Shown: positions 26,736 through 39,856 of the stretch, in pieces
Layout: each line of letters begins with the position of its first letter
How positions within the stretch are numbered: the first letter of the stretch is position 1
Assembly: GCA_009103225.1 (NCBI GenBank)
Contig: RHPI01001559.1
Location: 293,921-357,920, forward strand
Reading direction: 5' to 3'
DNA length: 64,000 nucleotides
Source of the DNA: Chlorokybus atmophyticus
Lineage: Eukaryota; Plantae; Mesostigma and Chlorokybus algae
Position numbers and translations under genes: made by a program
Notes under the pieces: model-generated
Told to the model about the DNA's origin: nothing
Database searches by the model: none
What the model saw: the letters and a program-made list of their open reading frames with translations, nothing else

Positions 26736-29188
26736 GCTGACGGGGGTGATGATGCTCGTTTTTCTCTCTCAACGCCTTGGCCTGGTGGGGGCTGGTATAG
26801 ACTAGTCGCAAGCCTGATCCGGCCTGGCCTGGTCTGTCCTGGTCTGGTCTAGTCCTTCTAGCAGCGCTCTGGCTCAGGCTGAGGCTCAGGCTCAAGCTTT
26901 CCGTCACTCCCGCCAAACGTGAGGCACTACACAGATAGTTGATCAACCACCAGCCGCATCCACCACCTGTACTACACGGTGTTGATTGCTACTGCTACCG
27001 CTGCTGTCTGAAGACAGCCACGTCATGCAAGCACAGGGTCAGCAAGTCGCCGAGGCCGTTGGTCGATGCTCTTCCTCGTGCGACGGCGTCAGCCTCGGCA
27101 TCATCGGCGGTAGAGTTGACGGGGCCAGCTGGCGGGTGCCGTATCTGCGTGCCACGTTGGACTGCGTAGGCGGACATGTGTGGCAGATGGATTCCAGCCG
27201 ATGTGGATAAAAGAGCGCTGCCTGCGGACGTATCCGCAATCATCGGAGTGAAGGAGCGGATATCGGCATATAAACGTGCGCATTGTAAGCATATGTTTGC
27301 CTATAGTATTGAATACAACTTGTTAGCACAGAAGTGTTTAGAAAATTGCTAACAGTGTGATGACAGGCTGGTCAGCTAGTAACTGACTGCTGCCTCTCAT
27401 GCAGTTGTTCGGAGCACATCTGATGTAGTTTAAATTTCTTGCGGCTCATGAAGGAAACAATTATGTCGATAACGAAATATGGTGAATTATTAGCCATGCC
27501 ATGTTGATTCGAAATGAGTCCCCCCCCCCCCCGCTTTACGACGTCACAATCAAAGAAATCCTTAAACCATACTCACTTTTACAAGTGTGCATTGCTTAAC
27601 ATGTCAAGATAGTAAGGAGTTCTCAAAAAGCGAAAGCATTCTGTGTGACAAGATACAATGTATACATTGCAAATAATTTGCTCACCTTGAAGTCAAAGCT
27701 CTCAGTTTAATCCATTTCTTTGGAAATTATCATCTTGCATCAACAATATGGATTATTCAGCATCAACACAAAAAATACACGTAATCCATATGATGATGAC
27801 GCTGACATCGTGCATTGAACATTAAATTATACTTATTGCATTTTGAGAAGTAGCAAGCAATGCACAAGATGCAATGGCATGGTTGGCATCATATTATTGC
27901 ATTGATATTATACAAGAGTATCAACCAACTTCAATTATGATCTGAGATGCAAAAACCGTACATTAACATTATCATCTTTATGTTGCAAACCGTTTTGATC
28001 TTAATAGTCAACATATGCAGTTATTATGCAAATGAACAACATTGTTACAGCGCATACCACCACACACAAGAATCACATGAAAGCTAACTGTAAGGTCGGT
28101 AGCAATGCAGCTGCAGCAACATCAACAGCAACGAGACAGATAGACAAGTATACGGCTAAGACATCGTTACTCACATCATTAGGACACACTAGCATTAGAA
28201 ACCCCATCAACGTAAGACCCAAGCAATAGCAGCGGGGTGGGATGCGGCAAGCTTGGAAATAGCAAGAGTAAGGACGACCTATAGAGCGAGGTTGACCGCG
28301 GTAGTACAAGCTCCCATAGTGTGACATCGCTGTCATGTTTACATAACAATGACAACGACAATGTCGTCGCTGACCTGTAGAAATGATCGTAAATATACAG
28401 AAAATTTAAGAATAAACAATAGTGTGACATGCCCGCTAGCGCACACAATGTCTACCGGGGAAGGCTTGCAGCTGGTTGTTTAGTGCAGTAATTTAGCCCG
28501 GTGGTGACAATGATGAGATATACTAGTATGCGTGTAATGTTTGTTGAGTGGTTGTTGCGCATTGCATGCGTGTGCACAATAGCACGTCATATCCTGTACA
28601 CTTGCTATGCTGGTGTTGTGTGTGCTTCACACCTTACAGGCGGCTAGTCTCGAATACGATCGCTTATACACTACATCGGCATAATGTTGCAACTGGTACT
28701 ATAACTACTGCATACTGCCATACTATACTACTAGTGCATATGGCCACTACTAGTGCATGTACAAAAGAGGCTTAGGAGATTGTGCACATTCAAGTATGCA
28801 TGAGCATGCAGGCAATCAGCAACCACAACCACAACACCTTACCCAGCTTGACCACCGGCTAAGCCACACGCCTGCGCGCTGCCTACACTTACCACTGTCG
28901 CCCCCTGTGTTGGCGTGCTTCTTGCCATTGCAATGCGAACCTAGGCATGCATAAGAAACCAAGCAACCATGCCAGCATGCGAGAAGCAACAGCAATTCAC
29001 GAGTCAAGACAAACCTGAGACGGGTTCAGAGTAAAGTTGTCGCTATATACATAAGCTATATACATTCTGCAGCACCTGTTACGCAGGTGCCAATCGCTTG
29101 TGATGCGACTGCCATGGTACCACCGCGCAGTCAACACCGTATCCCACAGTTAAGCTAGAGTGCACAGAGAGCACTCATCCTCTAAGGG

Positions 29189-30926
29189 TCAAAAATGCTT
29201 CACAATGCCGGCACCAACCATGGGTCCAACGACAACGGTTGGAACCAATGGGTTTATCAGCAGCGAGAAGACCGGTCCAAACACAGGTGTCCTCCTCAAA
29301 AACCCCTTGCCCAGGTGCACCTGGGTATTGATGTGAGTATGTTGTACGAGAGCCATGCATACCAGCATAATCAGTTGCTATCACAGTAGCATCCGCAGCC
29401 AAGAGGCGTGCGACTCACCAGATAGCAGCCAGCCACCGCTGCAGCCGCGAACCTCGCCCCTCGGTCCACCACGATTCGTCTACAGATGGCCCTGCATGAC
29501 AAGCACATGTTCACACAATGCCTGCACGTGCATGTTGTGTGACAATGCATTCTTGCACGTCGAGGCAATCAACATCTTTGACAAGCCAGGCAGGCAGCTG
29601 AACCGCACCTGGCAAAGGCTTCAAATTCCTCAAACGTGAAGGCTGTCTTTGTTGCAAAAGCAGGTTCCTGATCACACCACACTATGTCAGTAGGTGCACC
29701 ATTGCAATGCAGAAAGCAAGCCACTGCGGCATGCATTGAGAGCGTGTGCGTGTATGCCTTACACAAGTACCTGCATCAACTGTTGATGCCACGCAGAATG
29801 CCCCACCAAGATAGAATCGCAGGTAGGTTTTGCAAAAGAAACGCAAGATGTAAGTCATTAAAACAACTTACAATGTCAACAGCAGCATTGGTTAGCAACG
29901 CACCAGCATGCATGCCGCCAAGCAAATACACACACCAGAGCTGACAGACTCACCTGATCAACGTCTGACTGCTTTGGCACGCGCAAAACTACATCTCGAC
30001 AAGCTTCAGGAAGCCTGTCCGCCAGCTCCCTGCGATTCTCAAGCATGTCAACCCAAGTTTACCCAAGATAAACAAACTGCTCCTAGTAGGTCGCCAATAG
30101 ACAAGCAAGTGACGTTAGCACTCACTTGTGAATGTACTGTACAGCCGCCAGGGCGTCTGGTATTGACATTCGGCCCGACCGATCCTTGTGCGAGATGGCG
30201 AAAGCGGTCGCTACCGCCTCCTGAAAACGCTCGTTGCCGTCCAGCAGCTTGTCAACACGCTTGGCTGCATACACACACAGATCCATAAGCTCAGGAGCAG
30301 GACATACACACCAGCAGACTCTGCTGTAAAACGACAAAACTCAGTGCAAGAAAGGTCTTGACGAGACTGTGTGCTGACTATGCTGACGGCCAACAATCGG
30401 AGTGGTTTTGTGCCTAAAAATGCAATCAGCTCCAGGGGCGTGAGCGTTGATATCTAATTTCAGTAGCACAACCAGCAGCACAACCGTAAGGTATAGAAAC
30501 TTACACAGCTCGGCGCCCATGGTGTTGATTTTTGCAGCCGCTTGCGCCACCGCCTGCATGTCACCCAAGATCAATGTCTCCGACAGTCACAGCGCAGCCA
30601 CGTCATGCGTGCCAGCCAGCAACTCAGCACTTGAAAAAGACACATCATCGCGAGTTCACTGAGCCCAGCTGTCACATCAACCAAACCAGCATCCGCTTTT
30701 GGCGGGCTGAATTGCGTAACAATTTCAAAACCGTTATGGCAAGAGCAAGCACCTGACGCATAGGCGGCAAGGCGGTGCAGGCGACAAGCAGGGCCCCGAC
30801 GCTGTCCTCGCCCTCAAGCTTGTCGCCACCTCCGCCTCGTCCACCGTAGTATTCTCGCCTATGCTGCGCCGCCGTCACGCCGTCGCCGCCGCCGTCACAC
30901 CTCTTCACGCCTGTGTCGACAGCCAT
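29189..30926 (-). CDS. EF-hand-like membrane protein, multi-exon; paralog of the 25629-26735 gene
   Basis: Exons encode AFAISHKDRSGRMSIPDAL and AFTFEEFEAFA (degenerate EF-hand-like), and end FAAAAVAGCYL|VHLGKGFLRRTPVFGPVFSLLINPLVPTVVVGPMVGAGIVKHF*. Confidence 0.65.
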
Positions 30927-33196
30927 GACGCAGGCAACATGCACATACACAACACCACGCGCGGCTCACACTGTAATTTATAAACTTTTGGAGCCGTTGC
31001 GCGGGAAAACTACTCCGGTACACGTGCAGGGCGGATCAAAACACGCGCGCAAATCTGAATGTGGCTACGAAGCCAAAGAACAAGGGCATGCGGTGCACGT
31101 TTGCCGGTTTCGCCAGGGAGTTTGCAAGGTTTCACCAGCGGGCCCCCCGGTTCTGGTGGCTGGCGAAGCCCCTCGGTTCCCGCCTAAAATTTTCAAATGC
31201 TGTTCGGGACTGCAAATGTGCACAATAACTTGGTGCAGGCAAAACATGCATGCATAGGCAAGCTTAAAAAGGCAAGCTTAAAGAATTTGTGCTATGTGCA
31301 AGCTGACTATATGTGCACATGTATATTTTGTTATGTGCTGCATGATGTAGCACATGTAATAAAGTTGTTTTCACATGAATGCACATGAATAGCTTAAGTT
31401 GTCTCAAACCATTTGCCACAGTCAAAGGAGAAAACGCCATGAGCATTTATTGTCATTTAACGTGACGTGCACGTTTGATTTGCTGATATATTGTGACATA
31501 AGATTTGAAGGCATGTTAACCGATTATCACAAGCATGTAGATAATATGCCTGTTGCATGTGCTTATATTATGTAGCACATAATGTTACTTATATACACAT
31601 GTCGCAGAGTAAGCATTGGGTAACATTATAATAATCATCACGAGTGCATCAATACACCACAAATTACATCGTCGGTCACGGTGCACGGTCGACACAACCT
31701 TAAGACAAAGAGTACATGTACATCATATGTAACATTTAATTACTACGAAAGAGTTGATTACAATACGTGAATACAGTCGGGCGGCGTGGGAGGGGTTTTC
31801 ACTCGTTATTGGTTATCCACTGTTCGTACATTTTCCGATCGCACGGTGTACAAGCCGTTTTAATCAGGTGGCTTTTTTAGTTTTCTGTCTGAACGATTAG
31901 TTTGACTTCGGTGATGCGGTAAACAGCGAAATCGGCGAAAACGGTCTGATAATCCACTTTCTGACGGTGAGTTACCAATTCGGACTGGCGGATTACTAGC
32001 GGCAAATAGCTGGACAAATACCGCGGTAATCGCCCAATTCCGCGCCATGCAACCCAGCTGCTGCAATTGACCGGCCTCACAGTCTAAGTTATTTACCCCC
32101 CCATGACTCAGAGCATCGGCGTTAAATCAGCCTGACTTTTCTCCTTTGAAAACCGAAGGATACAAACCGTCAATCCCATCACCTCCACCTCCAACCGGCT
32201 CACCCGCCGCACTTATAGTGTTTACGATCACTATAAGTAATGGTGATCGTAAATCACCATTGTCAGCCCAGTAGCGATGTTTTCAACCAGCGGACGGCAA
32301 TAGTATGCCCACGATAGCGCATCCATGCTGTTATCCAATTAGTAGCAGGGGGCCCTTCCCTCCAGGGCCGCCCGTCTGCATAGATAACTTGCTCGCATTA
32401 CGTTATTGTGCATTGAAGGGCAAGTTGGAGCATTGCACTTGGCCAAAAAGTGGACTCTATGTGACATGCTGCAGCATGTTTTCTACTTCAACTTCAACTT
32501 CCACAAGTTGCACCCGGCTCAGTGCACCAGTCGCCAGAGGCGAACAAGTTGCACCGCGTACATTGTAAACCTCGGAAATTTGATCTTATCCGTATAGCAA
32601 AGGCCTTTGTCGCTTTGTAGCCATGTCGCATGGTCCGTAGCCAAAAAGCTTCCAAAGCAAATTGGGATTCCCAGGCCACTAGGAAGCTTTGCCCCAGGGC
32701 TGGGAAGCATTGGATACAACGACCTCTGAGTTGCGTCTCTCGCTGACCGGCTATCCACGGGTCTTGATGAAAGGCATTTACCGGGGACTCGCAGTCTTTC
32801 GGTCACAGCCGCCTGCTCTGGCATTCAGATGTTCGGCATATGTACTGATCGACAGCGGTCACGTAAAGACCCACCGCTCGCAATTTGACCATAACGTCGG
32901 CTTCCTAACCTCAAACTTTGCGTTAGCTTTGTAGTGAAGCAAATTGCCCTGAGCAAGCCATGCTCAGCATGACGTATTGCCTTCCTCACGTTACGACAGC
33001 CGTCACACGCGTTAGTTTAGTGAATCTGCGCTAGGGTTTGGTGCAGTACAGAGCAGCCAGCTAGGAGGTGGTTGGTGTTGCCGAAGTTGTCGAAGGCGTC
33101 GTTGTTGTTGTCGGCGCCGGCGTCGTCTGTGTTGGCGGTGCAGTGGACTGGTTTGAACGGCCGGCGTGGCGGCAGTTGCAGCAGGGCAATTTCAAC

Positions 33197-34322
33197 ATGG
33201 CGCTCACGGCCTTCGTCGGACGGGTGCTGTTCTCCGCCATCTTCGTGATCAGCGGCTTGATGAAGTAAGTGGTGGTGGTGCATGTGGTGCATGGGCGGTG
33301 GATGGGAGGGGTTGTGGCCCTTACCGTAGCCGCTGTTGTTGGTGTCGGGACCCTGTTGCGTGCGTCAGTGCGTTAGTGCCTTTGCGTTTGGCACGCTGAG
33401 GGCAGCATGCGACAGTGGCCGTCATGCGCAATATGCTGGGAGCATCGTGCTTGCATGAGTTGCTGCTTTTCCGTTATATACATTTATGGCTGTGTTACAT
33501 ACGAGTTGCAGTGTTTTCAGCAGCATGACAGTAGTTTCAAATCTGTTGGAACGTCCAAGCCCCTCAACCATTATTTTCTGGCGCAGATTGTCGCTGTATG
33601 ACGCCAAGAGCGGCGGCCCTGTTGTGCAGGCGATGATCCCAAAGCTTGAGACTTTCAGCCAACATTTTGGCGGTATTCCCATCCCTGAGGTACCATCAAA
33701 TCACAGTGTGCTGTGGTACATGGTTGTTGCTTGGAGCATTGCAATGCAATGCAATGTTTTCATGCATGATCTTAGGGCCCTTTGTGCGTTTATATCTGCA
33801 GGTGAAGTACCTCCTCCTCATCGCCATCTTCCTCGAGCTTGTTGGCGGCCTTCTGTTTATCTTTGGCAGCAGTGTCGGTGCCTACTTCTTGGTGAGCATG
33901 CACACTCATTGGCGTAACCAGTGTCACTGACTCCGTCATTGGTGCAGAATGCTGTATGCAATGTAGCAGTTCTCACTGTCGTGGTATTTTGCCTTTCGCA
34001 GATCCTCTTCACGATCGGTGTGACGCCAGTCATGCACAACTTCTGGGACTTTGAGAAGGACACTCCTGAGCAGCAGGCTGAAATCAACAACTTCATGAAG
34101 GTATTGACCAGCTTTTATACTTGCATGGTCCTGAGTTGGTGCGTAATGTGACATACCATACGCACGTATGGAGAGGTATGTACATGGTTGGGCAATGCCT
34201 TTCCTGCATAGGTAACGTCGTGGCTGTGCATTGATTTGCAGAATTTGGCACTGGTGGGTGCCCTGTTGTTCTTCCTGGGCCAGGCGAGCTACAAGGCAGC
34301 TGGCAAGGTCAAGACCAATTAA
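33197..34322 (+). CDS. HR-like lesion-inducing family (DoxX/SURF4-like) membrane protein, 5 exons
   Basis: MALTAFVGRVLFSAIFVISG, LELVGGLLFIFGSSVGAYFL, VTPVMHNFWD and NFMK|NLALVGALLFFLG. C-terminus KVKTN* resembles a KxKxx ER-retrieval signal. Confidence 0.9.
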
Positions 34323-34573
34323 GCTGCATGTTGAACTGGTGGGAATCATTCCATGCTCCGGACCTGACATGTCGGTCATCTGCATGCCAAATGCTCAAGT
34401 GATGCACCAGACTGCTGTCTACCATGTGCAAGCATTGATTCATCGTGACTGCAATATGGTTAAAGCTTTATTGCAATGTCAAAAACTTGACATGCGTTTT
34501 GCGTGCATGAGTGTTGCATTGTTGACTGTCCCTCAGTGGCTGCAAGCTTGCTAACATCTCTTCTTCTCGCCAG

Positions 34574-34783
34574 TTGGACCGGCTGGTGCGCACGGTACTT
34601 TGGAAAATTGTCCTTTTTCCTTACTGGATTATTGCCACGCCGCTGGGCCGCGCCTTCTTCTTCTTGGGGCTGGGCCTGTTCATGCCGAATGCTATCACGC
34701 GCAGCGTCTTCCCGGGCTTCAATGTGCAGAGCGCGATAGCAAAGTTCAGAGCTCAGTTAGCCCAGAGTGAGCAAGAGGAGTGA
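34574..34783 (+). CDS. Orphan terminal exon-like ORF encoding a hydrophobic segment
   Basis: A polypyrimidine acceptor (TTCTTCTCGCCAG) precedes LDRLVRTVLWKIVLFPYWIIATPLGRAFFFLGLGLFMPN...EQEE*. No start codon of its own. Confidence 0.4.
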   Translation: MDRLVRTVLWKIVLFPYWIIATPLGRAFFFLGLGLFMPNAITRSVFPGFNVQSAIAKFRAQLAQSEQEE

Positions 34784-35776
34784 AAGACAATAGAGACAGG
34801 ACCGCATAAGGACTGCATGACTGATTGAGTAGTGTTGTTCCCATCTTGTGTTTCGCGCGTGATAGCTGGTGCTGCAAATTTGCCCATTGCCCATGGAGGG
34901 TTATGTCCCTCTTCAATCATTGCATCACCAGCTTCATGCGTCAAATGCCAGTGAGGTCCATAACTATTGCTCTACATGACCATGATGTAGGTCAATGCAA
35001 TGGTGTTTGCATCTAAAGAGATGCACTGTCCAACGCATGATCAATAAATAAGTACAATCTACAGTGTATTTGTATTCAGGCACTGTGTACAAAAGAATGG
35101 TGATAGAATTGTGCTTGTGTGAAGTGAGGTTATTCACATCAATCAAGCTCAGTACAGGTAACTTGTTGCTCCTAGACACAGCACATATCCTATACACTTG
35201 CATTGCACATTACTCACGCACAAATTCCCATTGCATCTCTTGTACACCACTCCTGCCACCGCGCACAACAACATTAGTCTGCAGGGAGCAAGCGCAACAA
35301 AGCAGTGGTTCACCAACAGTGCGGTGCCGTAGTTATTGTCATTGATATTAGTGTCGAATCTTATATGGCCAAGCATACTGCGGTTGATATATGAATTTAC
35401 CAACTGTTGACCACCTGCAGCTGATCAACTACATTCAGCACCAGTCACGCACATAGCTTTCCTCCTCGACACTGCTTTAGGCGGTCCTAGCAAGTGTGCC
35501 AGCATGTCGACGTATACCATAGGCATGTCTGTGCCCTCTGCTCACTTATGCCAATCGAATGCCTGGTTGTAATGTTGCAAAGGTCATCACGCGAGTGTCA
35601 TAACATGGCCAATTCTAGGTTGTATTGTCCAAAGACACGGGAAGTTTAAGAATGTTGATAAAAGACAATCACAACCACTTCACTCTACACTCTGCTGTAC
35701 AGACAGTGATATAACAAACACATCCATGCGACACAACATCTCTAGTAGAAGCAGCATCAGTTGATGCTGTTGTTGT

Positions 35777-37069
35777 TCATTGAGGCAAGGGAGGCCGCTC
35801 GCCGAACCTCAGCTCGTGCATCGCCGCGTACGCCGGGTGCAACTCGCGAATGGCGTACACGTCGAGGTACTCGCTGCACTCGAAGCACCATATCGACAGA
35901 TCCCTGCAAGAGAGAGACACACAGAACCCAACATGTTGGCAACATGATGTGACGCGCTCCATCGGTCGGTGTTGGTCTGATGTGTGTCACCCACCTGAGG
36001 CCGAAGACGAGCGGGTGCGTCTGGTTTTTGAAGTGCTGGAGCATGTGGCCCTTGACGTAGCGGCCGCAGTAGAGCGCACCGCAGTGGAGGCACAGCCAGT
36101 TCTCCCCCACCGCGCCGCACCTGCATGTGCGTGTGTACATGTGTGCATGTGTACATGTGTGCGTGTGCAAGTGCGTGTGCGTGAGCATGTATGTGTGTGC
36201 GCGCTTGCACGCGCGCATGCATATGTATGCGTGCAAGCTCATGCATGCACGCGCGCGCTGCATGCACACGTGTATGCATGTGTGCATGTGTGCGCGCATG
36301 TATGTGTGGGTCAATTTGTACATATGTGCGTGTGCACGCCGTTGTGCGAACGCGCATTGTGTGCATGTGTGCGCGCGCGAATGTGTGTTCTGTAAGTGCT
36401 TAGTCGGATGCAATGTTGTGGAATTAGGCCGCCGCATTGCACACAAGCGATTCCTATCTTACGTCAGGCACTGTTCATCGAAGGAGCGCGGCAGAGGCGG
36501 GAGCACGTTGTCTCGCGGGAGGTCGCGCACGTGTGGGCAGTCGCGCGCCGGACGCACCCACACGCCCTCCTGGTACGCATGCGATTCACACATGATGAGA
36601 CGGAGAGTGACACATACGTGTGCGTGTGTGTGCATATGTGTCGCGTGGCACGTTATGGTGTGGCACATACATGGCATGTATGTGTATGAGTGTTTGTAGT
36701 GTGCACACAAACATTGCACACTACAAAGACGATGCCACGCACACACATGTACACACCAGCACGTACGTCAATACTGTAAGGTCACATGCTCAAGCACCGG
36801 CTTGCCCACACACATACACACATGCGCAAACCCAACCACGAAACCTACACAAACCACACAACACACCTCACTGCACGACACACCCACCCCACCTGTTCCG
36901 ACGCTGCGCCCCCCGTCGCGGGCTCCGCAGCATCGAGCTCCTCCTCCTCCGGGTCCTCGTCGTTGTCGAGGTGGATCGCCGCCGTCTCCACCTCCAGCTG
37001 GCCCTCCGCATGGCCCTCCTCCTCGGCGTCGTCGGGATCGACAACCACCTCCTTGCCCTTGTCGGCCAT
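35777..37069 (-). CDS. Stand-alone UBP-type zinc-finger (ZnF-UBP/BUZ, HDAC6 C-terminus-like) protein, 4 exons
   Basis: DCPHV...CLT|[29 protein letters not shown]...HPLVFGLR|[13 protein letters not shown], after an acidic N-terminus. ATG at 37069. Confidence 0.88.
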
Positions 37070-38088
37070 GACGTGGGTGGGGGTGGGGGTGGGGGTGGGT
37101 TGGAGAGTGGGTGGGTGTCCTCTCACAGCTTTGCAGCTTCTCTCCTTGCTCTGCGCATGGACGTGACAATTGATTGATTTAGTCGTTCATGCAGATGACA
37201 ATTGTGACTGTGGACTTCATCGTTCATGCGCCAAGTCTCTTTCTTTCTATCCATCTATCTTGTTCCATCGACTGAGTTTTGTTTCACATATCCTATTCTG
37301 CCCCGCTCGTTCGTTACCACAAATACTATGCATCAGCAGCGTGCGAGAGCTATATATACCGCAAGAAGCAGAACCATGGGCAACTTGCACAGATTGCACA
37401 AATAGGTGGTAAGCGAGGGGTGGAAACAACATGATGTACGCAACCGGGAAAGCCAAACAATTGCCACAATTGGTTGCAGCAGCGTCAAGAGCTAAACACA
37501 GCAGTGGATATTCATGAGCTCAACAGTAATCAGAACAAGAAACAAACAAACACCGATACCTGTTTAAGGCAGGGAAGGCTTCTCTCTCTCAAATACACAC
37601 ACTCTCAATACCTACCCCGCCTCTCCTCCCTGATCTAGCTGTCTTCCTGTTGGCGCTTCTTCTTGCGTGCAGCAATAAGTAAACAACCAAAGCTCTCTCT
37701 GCTGCTCTTCTGCTTCTACTTACTTACGCAAGAGAACACACGTCGCACTCAAATACGCTACGAGCATCAACAACCATCAAACAACCACATCAACATGCAC
37801 AAACACACACCTGAACACAGTAGCAGCCGTCAGCACACAAGGTCGGTTGCCCAGATCGACCGATCTGGCCTTGTTTGAGACTTGGAGACGAACGGGATCG
37901 AAGGCCCTGAGCAGAGAGATCAGAGAGCTGACAGAGGCAGCAGAGATCGCCACGTGGCGGCGGCGGCGGCGGCGGCGGGGTGACACAAAGGCAGAGCAGC
38001 AGGAAGAGGAGGAAGAGGAGGAGGAAGGAAACAAGCAGTGGAGAAGGTTGCGGAGGGGTAGAAGCGAGAACCTCCTTCCCCCGCAAGC

Positions 38089-39856
38089 ATGGCGGACAGG
38101 AGCGCTGGCGGCGAAGAAGGCACGGCCACAGCTCCGGTAAAGCACATCAAATGCTTGACACCCTGTCTATGGTTAGCTTTGTCTCTGTCTCATAGAAGTT
38201 TTCATGCAATCATGCTCGGTAGTTGTGCATTGTTGCCTGTGTGCACATGCTTAAGTAACACTGCCGGAAGGAGTGCCTATCTTTCTTTCAGTGCCAAGGA
38301 CAACTTCAAGCCACACTTTCAAACACCGCCAAATGTAAGCTTGTCGACCATGACTCTTCTTTGCTGTCGATGGCCTGCAGGCTGGTCCGGTGCCCAGCCG
38401 ACACGACGTGGTGATATACACAACGTCTTTCAGGACAGTCCGAAAAGTGTTTGAGGTGAGAGGCGTTTGCCAGTTCAGTGCTGTACACATGCATTGTTGC
38501 AGTTGTTGTTGCTGCTGTTATGCTGGTTCAGTGTTGCAATCCATGCAGTTGAGTTGTTCTGATTGACTGTATGTCGCAGGAGTGCACCAAAGCCCGCCTG
38601 CTGCTGGAAGCCCACAGAGTCCCCTTTGACGAAAGGTAAGGAGACCAAACCCAATCTGAGTGTATGCACGCACGCATGCACACGCATGCACACATCTTGC
38701 AGAATGCAAACATGCCTGGGCGGTTGTTACTCACTGTGTTGTAGTAAGCTGAGATGAGAGGCTTTGCAGCTTGATAACACGGCTGTTATGTCATAGTGCA
38801 CACAGACATTCACACTCAGTGGACATGTTTGGACATGTTTTCTTGGTTGAGCACTGTCCAATGTGCGCCAGCACATGCACATACTCTACTTGTTGTTCAC
38901 ACATTACAAAGTGTCCAGTTGGACATGTTTCCTTGATTGAGCACTGTCCAATGTGCGCCAGCACATGCACATACTCTACTTGTTCTTCAAACATTACAAA
39001 GTGTCCAGTTGACGTGATGAGTATTGCTTTGGTCTTGCAGGGACACAGCGATGAGCATCGACTTCAGGGAGGAGCTGAAAGCCAGGACTGGTGGCACTGC
39101 AACCGTCCCGCAAATCTTCATCAGAGATCAACACATTGGGGTAAGAAGTAAAAAAGGGGGAGAGTGAGAAGTGCAGGCTGCCTACAGCTAGGAGTTATTT
39201 AATATACAGTTGTGTAATTCACTTAGTGTCTTTGTGAGGAACGGTAAGCCAACGAGGCTGTTTGTGCAATGCTTGCAGGGGCTGGAGGAGTTGGAAGACC
39301 TGAATGAAGAGGGGGAGCTGCAGGTAAGAAGTCTTGATTGATTTTGTATGACTTGGCGAGTGAGCATGCGTGCGCGCGGGTGCGTACATACGCACACACG
39401 CACACTTAGGCGGTCAACCACGCGCATGCATGCGTGTTCGCACGTGTGCGTGCACGCCGCGCACAATTTTTGAACTTGGCACTAAACCCATGAGGATGAC
39501 GACCATGTACACCGTGTAGACTACAACAACAAACCACTTGTTGGAACAGAAACTGCTGGAGGGAATAGAGCGGGGAGGCGCGTCGGCGCTAAGGCACTGC
39601 GACGAGTGCGGGGGGAAGCGCTTCATGCTCTGCGGGGAGTGCCATGGCAGCCGCAAAGTGCAGGTCAGTGCTCTCATTTATGCCACACGCACAACATTAG
39701 TCACGTGGATGCGCGTGCGCGTGCGTGTGTGTATGTCCCCAGACATGTTGGAATTCTGATATAACATGCGTGCGCGTCCAGGTGTTGGCGGGCGATGTCC
39801 AACAATGCGGCAGCTGCAACGAGAACGGCCTCCGGCGATGCATAACATGTGGCTGA
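38089..39856 (+). CDS. Plant-type glutaredoxin-like protein with a C-terminal Cys-rich (CxxC) region, multi-exon
   Basis: VVIYTTSFRTVRKVFE|ECTKARLLLEAHRVPFDER|D...TVPQIFIRDQHIG|G...CDECGGKRFMLCGECHGSRK...CGSCNENGLRRCITCG*. The start at ATG 38089 is a best guess. Confidence 0.88.
38831..39010. repeat. Intronic 2 x 90-bp tandem duplication
   Basis: GGACATGTTT...CAAAGTGTCCAGTT at 38831-38920 and 38921-39010, with a few substitutions. Confidence 0.9.

Noticed and set aside
26995-27243. Short GC-rich ORF upstream of the 114-aa gene
   Set aside because: No motif, homology or splice support.
5130-27535. Poly-G/poly-C tracts next to gaps and N bases (5135-5151, ~8310, ~12690, ~17850, ~24620; also ~27520)
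   Set aside because: Most plausibly sequencing drop-out at homopolymers. No shared flanking element was identified.
35757-36699. His/Cys-rich ORFs (HTHT, CVCV), also near 22 kb, 26 kb and 42 kb
   Set aside because: They arise from CA/TG-rich intron sequence inside recognised genes.
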